Below are positions 9,998-18,794 of a stretch of 64,000 nt of DNA, piece by piece. How positions within the stretch are numbered: position 1 is the first letter of the stretch; each line of letters starts with the position of its first letter. A model generated the notes under the pieces. It saw only the letters and a list, made by a program, of their open reading frames with translations, was not told the DNA's origin and made no database searches. Origin of the DNA: a bacterium (GTDB taxonomy: Bacteria > SAR324 > NAC60-12); contig OZ242383.1 in NCBI GenBank assembly GCA_965209155.1, positions 1 to 64,000 of the forward strand, written 5' to 3'. Both the position numbers and the translations under genes were made by a program.

Positions 9998-11896
9998 ATG
10001 GATCGCCGACCCCCTCCTGAAAAAACAGTTCCCCTCACCGATGGACCGCCTCCTGCGGAAATGGCGGAAAAGCCTGCAGGTCCCGACCCGGTCGAAGCGA
10101 TGACTCCCGGCGGGGAAGCCGTCCAGCAAAGCAGGGACTGGTCCTTGCTGCTTCGATTTTTCGGATACGTTCGTCCGTATTGGAAATGGGTGGCCCTCAG
10201 CCTCTGCGCGATTCCCTTTTCCGTAGGCGCTACCTTGCTCTTGCCGTGGCTGATCATTCGAATTGTCGACGATTACCTGGTGGTGAGGAATATGGAAGGG
10301 TTGTACCTGTATATTTCCTTACTCACGGCAACCGTGGTTTTGGGATACCTGACGGACGCCGTCTATACTTACGCCTTGCAAAAAGCCGGGCAGATGGCGA
10401 TTTCCGATATGCGGGAAGATCTCTACGCCCACATCCTTCAACTGCCCCGCGCTTTTTACGACAACCGTCCTGTCGGCGTATTGCTCACCCGGCTCACCAC
10501 GGACATGGAAGCCTTGGGGGAATCCATGGCCATGGGGGTTCTTTCCATTGTCACCGATTTTATCAAAACCATTGCCCTTTTCATATTCCTTCTCTACCTC
10601 AGTTGGGAATTGACCCTGGTCATTCTTCTCATTTTGCCCCCCATCTATTGGATTGCGAATTTATTAAGGGGCAAACTCCGTTACTATTACAACCTCACAC
10701 GAGAGATACTGGCCGCCTCGACCGGCTTTTTACAGGAGTGTTTGAACGGGGTGAAGACGGTGCAATTGTACGCGGCGGAAGAGAAGGTGATCCGGCGCTA
10801 CACCCGTAAAAATGATGAATTCCTCAAGGCGCAAACCCGTACCAATTATTATGATTCTTCCTTGTATGCCATCGTCGAAGGCATCACTTCCATCAGCCTG
10901 GGTTTGTTGATCTGGTATGGCGCGCGGCAGATCCTTGCCGGTACGACGACCGTGGGGGTATTGATTGGTTTCATCAATATCCTGCACCGTATTTTTATCC
11001 CGATTCGCGAATTTACCCAGCAAATATCGACCATCCAACGCGCTTTATCCGCCCTGGAAAACATCCACCTGCTTTTGGGAGAAGCCCCCGAAGAAAGCGA
11101 AATCCTGGATGAAAACCAGCTCGCTCGTTTACGGAGCTTCGAAGAATTGCGTTTCGAAAAGGTCTATTTCCGCTACAGTGACCATGGTCCCTATATTTTG
11201 AAGGGAGTTTCCTTCACCCTCAAAAAAGGAGACCGGTTGGCCATTGTCGGCGCCACGGGGTCCGGGAAATCCACCATCGTGCGTCTTATCACGAAAGCCT
11301 ACACCAATTACCAGGGTTCCGTGAAGATCAATGGAGTGGAATTGTCCGACATTCCACGAAAACACTTGCTCGAATTGATGGCCATGATGCAGCAGGACGT
11401 CTACCTCTTCAACCAGAGCCTGGCATTCAATATCGGGCTCGACCGTCCGGGAACCACGCCGGCGCTCATCCGGGAAGCCGCCGAATACGTCTATGCCCAT
11501 TCCTTCATCGAGAAATTGCCCGGAGGTTACGAATATCAGGTGCTGGACAATGGCAAAAACCTGTCGGCTGGCCAGGCTCAATTGATTTCTTTTTCCCGGG
11601 CCATGGCCGGAAACAGTGAAATGATTATCCTCGACGAAGCCACCAGTTCGGTGGACTCCGTCACGGAAGACCTGATTCAAAAGGCCACCGAGAAAGTTTT
11701 CCAGGAAAAAACCGTCATCGCCATTGCCCATCGATTGAGTACGATTCGACATTCCGACATGATTCTCGTGCTCCAGGAAGGACAAATCGTGGAAAGGGGC
11801 AGCCACCCGGAACTGATGCTCCAGGACGGCGTTTACGCCAACTTGTTCTACGCCCTCCTCGACCGTTTCCTCGACACCCGCCCCGGAACGCCATGA
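9998..11896 (+). CDS. ABC exporter permease/ATP-binding subunit (MdlB-like)
   Basis: GATGSGKS, LSAGQAQL, IILDEATS, IAHRLST; heterodimer partner of the upstream gene. Confidence 0.9.
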   Translation: MDRRPPPEKTVPLTDGPPPAEMAEKPAGPDPVEAMTPGGEAVQQSRDWSLLLRFFGYVRPYWKWVALSLCAIPFSVGATLLLPWLIIRIVDDYLVVRNMEGLYLYISLLTATVVLGYLTDAVYTYALQKAGQMAISDMREDLYAHILQLPRAFYDNRPVGVLLTRLTTDMEALGESMAMGVLSIVTDFIKTIALFIFLLYLSWELTLVILLILPPIYWIANLLRGKLRYYYNLTREILAASTGFLQECLNGVKTVQLYAAEEKVIRRYTRKNDEFLKAQTRTNYYDSSLYAIVEGITSISLGLLIWYGARQILAGTTTVGVLIGFINILHRIFIPIREFTQQISTIQRALSALENIHLLLGEAPEESEILDENQLARLRSFEELRFEKVYFRYSDHGPYILKGVSFTLKKGDRLAIVGATGSGKSTIVRLITKAYTNYQGSVKINGVELSDIPRKHLLELMAMMQQDVYLFNQSLAFNIGLDRPGTTPALIREAAEYVYAHSFIEKLPGGYEYQVLDNGKNLSAGQAQLISFSRAMAGNSEMIILDEATSSVDSVTEDLIQKATEKVFQEKTVIAIAHRLSTIRHSDMILVLQEGQIVERGSHPELMLQDGVYANLFYALLDRFLDTRPGTP

Positions 11897-12108
11897 TTCC
11901 CCTGCTCACTTCCCTCCCTCGCAATCGGGAATCGAGGAAAGTGTCCTTTCTGGCTTGAACAGGAATCCAGAGTAACGAGCATGTCGTACCCGGGAAATCG
12001 GGACTCCCTGCGTGTGTCCTTCCTGGCTCCGACCAGGAATCCAGAATCATGTACGCACTTATTCCCGATGAGACGGTACTCCTACAGGGGCGAAGTCGGT
12101 GTTTTCGG

Positions 12109-12677
12109 AGTCATCACCACCGGCAGAGCCGGTGGCTTGAAGAGGCCCCCAGTATGAGGGCAAAACGTGTTCGTCATCGTAAGACGTGCTCGTGCTCGTG
12201 AACGAAAAAGGCTGCCATGTTAGATCATGAAAAACTCGATGTATACCAATGTTCCATCGAATTTTTAGCGTTATCTGTCCAAGTCATCGAAACATTGCCA
12301 AAAAGGATACTCAGCCTTAGTTGACCAACTGAAAAGGGCCTCATGGTCGATTCCTCTCAATATCGCAGAAGGCTGTGAAAAAAATTCCTTTGCTGACAAG
12401 CAACGATTCTATGCATTTGCCCGAGGTTCCGCAATGGAATGCGCTGCTATTCTCGATGTTTTAAACGTGTTGAAGATCATCCAACCTCCTTTATTTGACG
12501 AAGGGAAACAGTTACTTCATCGCATTGTTTCTATGTTAACCAAAATGTGCCGTCGAATTCACTGACCGTTCACGAGCACGAGCACGGCTAACGGACACGG
12601 ATACGTTTCTCATGTCTGACCGGCAAAGCCTATTAGGTTCGCACCAGCAGAGCTGGTGGTTTAATGAGATTAATTAA
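12109..12677 (+). mobile_element. Four-helix-bundle element, copy 3 (first of tandem pair)
   Basis: AGTCATCACCACCGGCAGAGCCGGTGG ... GAGATTAATTAA joined directly to copy 4. Confidence 0.85.
12217..12565 (+). pseudogene. Four helix bundle protein, frameshifted
   Basis: Extra A in TTGCCAAAAAGG (349 nt versus 348 nt). Confidence 0.8.
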
Positions 12678-13244
12678 AGTCATCACCACCGGCAGAGCCG
12701 GTGGCTTGAAGAGGCCCCCAGTATGAGGGCAAAACGTGTTCGTCATCGTAAGACGTGCTCGTGCTCGTGAACGAAAAAGGCTGCCATGTTAGATCATGAA
12801 AAACTCGATGTATACCAATGTTCCATCGAATTTTTAGCGTTATCTGTCCAAGTCATCGAAACATTGCCAAAAGGATACTCAGCCTTAGTTGACCAACTGA
12901 AAAGGGCCTCATGGTCGATTCCTCTCAATATCGCAGAAGGCTGTGGAAAAAGTTCCTTTCCTGACAAGCAACGATTCTATGCATTTGCCCGAGGTTCCGC
13001 AATGGAATGCGCTGCTATTCTCGATGTTTTAAACGTGTTGAAGATCATCCAGCCTCCTTTATTTGACGAAGGGAAACAGTTACTTCATCGCATTGTTTCT
13101 ATGTTAACCAAAATGTGCCGTCGAATTCACTGACCGTTCACGAGCACGAGCACGGCTAACGGACACGGATACGTTTCTCATGTCTGACCGGCAAAGCCTA
13201 TTAGGTTCGCACCAGCAGAGCTGGTGGTTTAATGAGATTAATTA
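12678..13244 (+). mobile_element. Four-helix-bundle element, copy 4
   Basis: Head-to-tail with copy 3. Confidence 0.85.
12786..13133 (+). CDS. Four helix bundle protein
   Basis: Intact 115-aa copy. Confidence 0.9.
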   Translation: MLDHEKLDVYQCSIEFLALSVQVIETLPKGYSALVDQLKRASWSIPLNIAEGCGKSSFPDKQRFYAFARGSAMECAAILDVLNVLKIIQPPLFDEGKQLLHRIVSMLTKMCRRIH

Positions 13245-13583
13245 TTTCGGATGTTGAATCGCGTGCCGGACCACTTTTTTCAAGGCAGCAACGGGCAAGG
13301 GATCAGTGGGTTTGAAATTGATGCACCCTTTTCCGGTTTTGATTTTGGGGTATTTTTTCTTAAAATCGGCAAGATGGTGCGCACCGCAGGTATAGAGCGA
13401 AACATAACGCTTTTGGTTGGCTATCCCCACCCAACCTTCCTCCGCGCGATACGTTGGCATCTTGTAGGACAGGTCTACGTTGGCATCGGGAAACAACCCG
13501 GTGATGATTTCGTGCAACTTCAAAACCATCTCTCTACGTTCCTCCGGGACGTTTTCCAGATAAGTTTTTATTACTTCGTTCAT
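13242..13583 (-). CDS. DUF1801 (YdhG-like) protein
   Basis: YLENVPEERRE...LSYKMPTY...IKTGKGCINF. Confidence 0.85.
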   Translation of the reverse strand: MNEVIKTYLENVPEERREMVLKLHEIITGLFPDANVDLSYKMPTYRAEEGWVGIANQKRYVSLYTCGAHHLADFKKKYPKIKTGKGCINFKPTDPLPVAALKKVVRHAIQHPK

Positions 13584-13719
13584 GTCAGGAGTATTGAACT
13601 TGCAGCAGATCGATTTTATTCCTGAAGCGCTTCAGATTCACAAGAAGGCGCAAAGGCACAAAGTTACCAGGCGCAGAGGGTTTTATGCTCTACTTTTCCA
13701 ATCAGGCTCACGGGAGGGG

Positions 13720-14475
13720 CTACCGGTAGTCTTCAGCAGCATCTTGCGCTTCAAATCCCAACACTTCCCTGGCGCGACTCATATCCCGGTAGCCCCATTT
13801 GTTTTTCGATATCGCGTAGAAAACGTCATACTCGATGCTCTCCGGAGCCTCGATGCAGGCTTCGATCATCCCGACGATGTCCCGGTGACTGCACCAGACC
13901 GAGAAATCGCGGGAATGGAGAGGTTTATTCTCCACATTGACCCTCCCGATCCGCAGGCTGATAACGGATAAATCGCAGGTGTCGGCGAAGTGCCGACCCA
14001 ACGCTTCTCCCCAGACTTTGGTGGCTCCATACACTCCACTGGGTCGTGTCGGCGTCTTGTGGTCGAACTGCGGCCATTGATCCGGGACCTCTTCGTAACG
14101 CCCTTCGACAATGGCTTTGAGAGGTTCATCGCTTTCCCATCCGGAAGTGGTAGCCCCGCTGCTGGCAAAGACGACGCGCTTCACGCCGGCCCGCAGCGCT
14201 GCCAGAAAAACGTTGTAGGTGCCTTGAATATTGGTTTCGAGAAACTCCTGCCATGTGAAATCATTCCCGGATTTGGCTGCCAGGTGCGCAACAACGTCTT
14301 GCCCCTCGAAAGCCGGTCGGATCGCTTCGGAATCGGACAGGTCCGCTTGCACGCAATTCACTCCCGGGACGTTGCTTCGATTGAGCCCGCTTAATTCGTA
14401 CCGGCCTTGTAAATGTTGACGAACGAGCCCGCCGATCAGACCACTCATTCCTGTGATTAACACTTTTTTCGACAT
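13720..14475 (-). CDS. NAD-dependent epimerase/dehydrogenase (extended SDR)
   Basis: ITGMSGLIG Rossmann motif, YGATK catalytic motif. Confidence 0.9.
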   Translation of the reverse strand: MSKKVLITGMSGLIGGLVRQHLQGRYELSGLNRSNVPGVNCVQADLSDSEAIRPAFEGQDVVAHLAAKSGNDFTWQEFLETNIQGTYNVFLAALRAGVKRVVFASSGATTSGWESDEPLKAIVEGRYEEVPDQWPQFDHKTPTRPSGVYGATKVWGEALGRHFADTCDLSVISLRIGRVNVENKPLHSRDFSVWCSHRDIVGMIEACIEAPESIEYDVFYAISKNKWGYRDMSRAREVLGFEAQDAAEDYR

Positions 14476-14513
14476 AATTTTCCCTCTGGACTTGGTCTTC
14501 GCTGCTCTCTGTG

Positions 14514-14852
14514 TCAGTCCTTGAAAATACGGGGCAATCCTGCCTTTCCAGGAATGAAAAGCAGGGGATTCAGAGCAAATCTTTTCAAGGAGTGATTCGC
14601 ACTCGAAATAAGCAGCTTACGCAAAAAGTTGCTTGAGCTAGTCAGGAGCGATTGAGGAGTCAGTTTGAGCATCTTCTCTATCTCCTCGCTCGTCAGTTTA
14701 GAAAACTTCTCTACAATAGCATAGGTTAACAATTCTCTCAAATGTCTCTTTTCGGACTCCGGGAAATCCAAGGTCTCCAAAGTGGCTTTCCATTGCGGTA
14801 TTTTTTCTGCCAATTCTTCCCGACTCTCCAAGACCAAAGGTTCCAAAACCAT
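14514..14852 (-). pseudogene. C-terminal fragment of an Rpn/DUF2887-like protein
   Basis: LLTYAIVEKFSKLTSEEIEKML resembles the Rpn-family C-terminus; N-terminal domain absent. Confidence 0.5.
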
Positions 14853-14901
14853 CAGCGCTTCGTGAAGATGTAAGGAAAAATTTTATAAAAAAGAGAATTT
14901 G

Positions 14902-15019
14902 GCTTACCAGTCGGTTGAGCTGACGCCCTCCACGCTGCTTCGGTCAGAGTTTAGAGTAATTTTCCAATTTATCTCAACAGCAATGCTAATGGTGGGCGCT
15001 GCTCACCTTAACGTTCGAC
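14902..15019 (+). other. Degenerate integron attC site
   Basis: R''-like GCTTACC, 5 nt, L'' GTTGAGC, inner arms GACGCCC/GGGCGC, L' GCTCACC, 5 nt, R' GTTCGAC. Confidence 0.6.
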
Positions 15020-15084
15020 ATCCATTGATATCTCCTCTATCCAATATCACATGATTCTTAATTGAAATTTTGCAAACTTTCAGA

Positions 15085-15651
15085 AGTCATCACCACCGGC
15101 AGACCCGGTGGCTTGAAGAGGCCCCCAGTATGAGGGCAAAACGTGTTCGTCATCGTAAGACATGCTCGTGCTCGTGAACGAAAAAGGCTGCCATGTTAGA
15201 TCATGAAAAACTCGATGTATACCAATGTTCCATCGAATTTTTAGCGTTATCTGTCCAAGTCATCGAAACATTGCCAAAAGGATACTCAGCCTTAGTTGAC
15301 CAACTGAAAAGGGCCTCATGGTCGATTCCTCTCAATAACGCAGAAGGCTGTGGAAAAAATTCCTTTCCTGACAAGCAACGATTCTATGCATTTGCCCGAG
15401 GTGCCGCAATGGAATGCGCTGCTATTCTCGATGTTTTAAACGTGTTGAAGATCATCCAGCCTCCTTTATTTGACGAAGGGAAACAGTTACTTCATCGCAT
15501 TGTTTCTATGTTAACCAAAATGTGCCGTCGATTTCACTGACCGTTCACGAGCACGAGCACGGCTAACGGACACGGATACGTTTCTCATGTCTGACCGGCA
15601 AAGCCTATTAGGTTCGCACCAGCAGAGCTGGTGGTTTAATGAGATTAATTA
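15085..15651 (+). mobile_element. Four-helix-bundle element, copy 5
   Basis: Full-length copy inserted inside a putative gene cassette. Confidence 0.85.
15193..15540 (+). CDS. Four helix bundle protein
   Basis: Intact 115-aa copy with three substitutions. Confidence 0.9.
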   Translation: MLDHEKLDVYQCSIEFLALSVQVIETLPKGYSALVDQLKRASWSIPLNNAEGCGKNSFPDKQRFYAFARGAAMECAAILDVLNVLKIIQPPLFDEGKQLLHRIVSMLTKMCRRFH

Positions 15652-15717
15652 AATTGTAGTCAACTGAGAATATGATACTATGAGAATGTTTTTTGGATCA
15701 TAGACTAAATAGGAATC

Positions 15718-16260
15718 ATGAGAGATCAAGAACTAAATGAGTTATTGAGCAAGATCGCGACAGTTCAGGAACGTTTGACAAAATCGCAGGAACAAACCGA
15801 TAAACAGTTGAAAGAACTGGGCAAACAAATTGGAGGACTGGGAGAAAAATTTGGAAGCTTCACAGAAGGGATCGCTTTCCCTTCGATGGAAAAATTGTTG
15901 CGTGAACAATTTAAAATGGATGTGGTTGGTCTACGAGTCAAATCTCGAAAAAATGGTCATACGATGGAATTAGATGTCTTGGCTTATGGCAATTCTGATA
16001 TTCATCAAGCCTTTATCGTTGAGATAAAAAGCCACTTACGTGAAGAGGGGCTGCAACAAATATTAAAACACTTAGAAACTTTTCCTACCTTCTTTCCTGA
16101 ACATCAAGACAATGAACTCTATGGGATCTTAGCCTGTGTAGATAGTCCCGAAGAATTAGAAAAACGAGTAATCCAGTCAGGGATTTACTTAGCTAAGATC
16201 CGTGATGAGACTTTTGCACTTCGAGTACCCGAAAATTTTCATCCTAAATCATTTCAATAA
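15718..16260 (+). CDS. DUF3782-like PD-(D/E)XK domain protein (cassette-borne)
   Basis: Coiled-coil TDKQLKELGKQIGGLGEKFGSFTEG, then ELDVL...IVEIKS. Confidence 0.75.
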   Translation: MRDQELNELLSKIATVQERLTKSQEQTDKQLKELGKQIGGLGEKFGSFTEGIAFPSMEKLLREQFKMDVVGLRVKSRKNGHTMELDVLAYGNSDIHQAFIVEIKSHLREEGLQQILKHLETFPTFFPEHQDNELYGILACVDSPEELEKRVIQSGIYLAKIRDETFALRVPENFHPKSFQ

Positions 16261-16277
16261 ACTTCTTGGAACAAAAT

Positions 16278-16363
16278 GCCGAACAAAACGTTGTACCTGA
16301 TTGCTTTCTGCGCCGCTCGCAAGCTCGCTCAGCAAAAAGCAACAGGTGAACTCAACGTTAGCG
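16278..16363 (+). other. Integron attC site
   Basis: R'' GCCGAAC, palindromic arms ACCTGATTGCTTT/AAAGCAACAGGT, R' GTTAGCG, starting 17 nt after a stop codon. Confidence 0.75.
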
Positions 16364-16461
16364 TGCGACAAGAGGTCGCATGTCCCAATGGTCCAAACTT
16401 GACGAAGAAGAAAAAACAGCGATTCTCAGGAAGGAAAAAGGGAGGGGCTCCTTTAGTCCGC

Positions 16462-17430
16462 TTACCAATTGAACGGGTTGATCAGTCTGGAGAGGAATCC
16501 TCGTTTGCGTTTCGCGGTGGTGCCATAACTGCCCTCTCCGCCCCTGAGCCGGGGATCGAGCAGATCGCGCATGGCATCGCCGAACATGTTTAGACTGTAG
16601 ACGGTAATAGTCAGGCAAAGACCAGGCCAGAGCGCCAGCCATGGCGCCATCTCCATGTACTGACGTCCTTCCCGGCTGAGCAGACCTCCCCAGCTAGGAA
16701 CCTTGGGGGGCAGTCCGAATCCCAGGAAGCTCAGCGAGGCTTCGGCCATGATGACCCCGCCAATGTTGATCGAGAAGACGATGATGATCGGTGCCATAAT
16801 ATTGGGCAGCACATGTCGCAGGAGGATTTGGCTCGTGGGGGTGCCCACGGCCCGGGCGGCCAGAAAATAGTCATTCTCTTTGACACCGATCACGGCGCTC
16901 CTGATGACTCTGGAGCCGACGATGCCTCCTGATATACCCAGGACCAGTATCATCTGTAACAAACCCTGCCCCACTATGGACATTATGGTTAACAACAGGA
17001 GCAGTCCCGGGAAACACATCCAGGCATCGACAAACCTCTGCGCAGCCAGGTCCAATTTACCTCCAAAGAATCCTGAAATGCCGCCAATCAGGATAGCGAC
17101 GACAACATTGAGAGCGGTCGCCGCCAGACCGACAGTTAACGAAATACGAGCCCCGTAGATAATGCGGCTCAAGAAGTCTCGCCCCAAGTGGTCGGTACCC
17201 AGGAGATACTGGGCTGATGAGCCAGTCAGCCTGTCTATCAGGTGCGGTTCATCATATGGATAAGGGGCCAGAACATCGGCAAAGATAGCCACAAAAATCA
17301 ATATCAATACTATAATCCCGCCGAAAGTACCCAGTGGCTTCTCCTTGACCAGCCTGATAAAGAAATCAGCCACCCCGGCACGTCTCTTTGGCTCGCTTAC
17401 TCCTGATGGTATCCCTGTGGTATCACTCAT
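16462..17430 (-). CDS. Peptide/nickel ABC transporter permease (DppC/OppC-like)
   Basis: LLGTDHLGRD, EAA-like loop AARAVG, EASLSFLGFG. Confidence 0.93.
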   Translation of the reverse strand: MSDTTGIPSGVSEPKRRAGVADFFIRLVKEKPLGTFGGIIVLILIFVAIFADVLAPYPYDEPHLIDRLTGSSAQYLLGTDHLGRDFLSRIIYGARISLTVGLAATALNVVVAILIGGISGFFGGKLDLAAQRFVDAWMCFPGLLLLLTIMSIVGQGLLQMILVLGISGGIVGSRVIRSAVIGVKENDYFLAARAVGTPTSQILLRHVLPNIMAPIIIVFSINIGGVIMAEASLSFLGFGLPPKVPSWGGLLSREGRQYMEMAPWLALWPGLCLTITVYSLNMFGDAMRDLLDPRLRGGEGSYGTTAKRKRGFLSRLINPFNW

Positions 17431-17533
17431 AGTTTAGGTATTCAGGATGAAGGTTTTCAGGTATAAAGTATCAGGTGTCGGCTTTGCGCTAATACCTGAA
17501 ACCTAACACCTGATACCTTTGTCGCGCCAGCGA

Positions 17534-18538
17534 CTATTTATATCGAACCCTGGGGTCTAAATAAGGATAAATCAGGTCGATTATTAGATTGAACCCCACA
17601 ACCGCGGTGGCGAAAACCAGGTTTACTCCGGAGACCACCGGGTAGTCTCTGTCAATGAGGGCAAGCAGCAAGAGACGACCTAACCCCGGCAGGTTGAATA
17701 TGTTCTCCATGATAACGGAGCCGCCTATCAGGATAGGCAACTGCAGGCCAATCAGGGTCACCACCGGGATGAGGGCATTTTTGAGGGTGTGCCGGATAAT
17801 CACGACCCGCTCCCGGAGCCCCTTGGACCAGGCAGTGCGGATATAGTCTTGCCTGAGCACCTCCAGCATCATGGTGCGCGTCATCCGCATTGTGGCTGCA
17901 GCCGAGGCCGTCCCCAGAATCAAGCTGGGAATGATGAACAACCCGAGATTCCGCAGCGGGTCTTCGGTGAAAGGAACCCACTCCATCGGCGGCGACCAGC
18001 CCCACCAGATTGCCGGGTATATCATGACCATAAGGGCCAGCCAGAAGTTAGGCGTGGCCAGGCCGACGATGGCGATGGAGCGTCCCGCGTAGTCGGCGGC
18101 GGTATCCTGGCGAATCGCCGAGTAGATGCCGACTGGCAGGGCTATCAAGAGCCCGATTATGATTGCCATGACGCCAAGCTCAATGGTTACTGGCAATCTA
18201 CCTAATATCGTCTCCTCTATCGGCCAACCGTACATCATTGATTCGCCAAGGGTACCGTGGAGGAGACCGTTGTAGCGGGACTCACCGGTAACCCAGTCAG
18301 GGGTCGGCAACACTCCTATCCAGCGTCCATACTGCACGTAGACAGGCACGTCTAATCCCAGCATACGCTCCATAGCTTCACGGTCAACCACCCCCTCGCC
18401 CTCGAAGAAGCCCATCCTCATCACCATTAAGTCTATTACATCGCCCGGGATGAAGCGGACCGAGAGAAAGACCAGGACGGTCAATATAAACATGGTGGGG
18501 ATTATCAGCAATAGCCTTCTGATGATATAGGCTCTCAT
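17534..18538 (-). CDS. Peptide/nickel ABC transporter permease (DppB/OppB-like)
   Basis: MRAYIIRRLL, QDYIRTAWSKGL, LDPRVRY. Confidence 0.93.
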   Translation of the reverse strand: MRAYIIRRLLLIIPTMFILTVLVFLSVRFIPGDVIDLMVMRMGFFEGEGVVDREAMERMLGLDVPVYVQYGRWIGVLPTPDWVTGESRYNGLLHGTLGESMMYGWPIEETILGRLPVTIELGVMAIIIGLLIALPVGIYSAIRQDTAADYAGRSIAIVGLATPNFWLALMVMIYPAIWWGWSPPMEWVPFTEDPLRNLGLFIIPSLILGTASAAATMRMTRTMMLEVLRQDYIRTAWSKGLRERVVIIRHTLKNALIPVVTLIGLQLPILIGGSVIMENIFNLPGLGRLLLLALIDRDYPVVSGVNLVFATAVVGFNLIIDLIYPYLDPRVRYK

Positions 18539-18794
18539 GTGATACTCCTCCTTGTCATTGCGAGCCCCGATTTATCGGGGCTTCCTCAAGTTCCTTCACA
18601 ATACTTCCTTGCGATAGTCGGCGTTACCAATCGACCGGTTCAAGGCGCACGCCCCGATCCCGACGTGTCGGGAGGGCTAACGGCTATTTCTAAAACCAGG
18701 TAAAGTAAAGGACGATGACAACGGGTAAGGGAGCTGGGAAGCCTGAACCCCCCAGCTGCCTTTTTTCCCTGAGCTCAGCAAGGTGTGACCCCCC

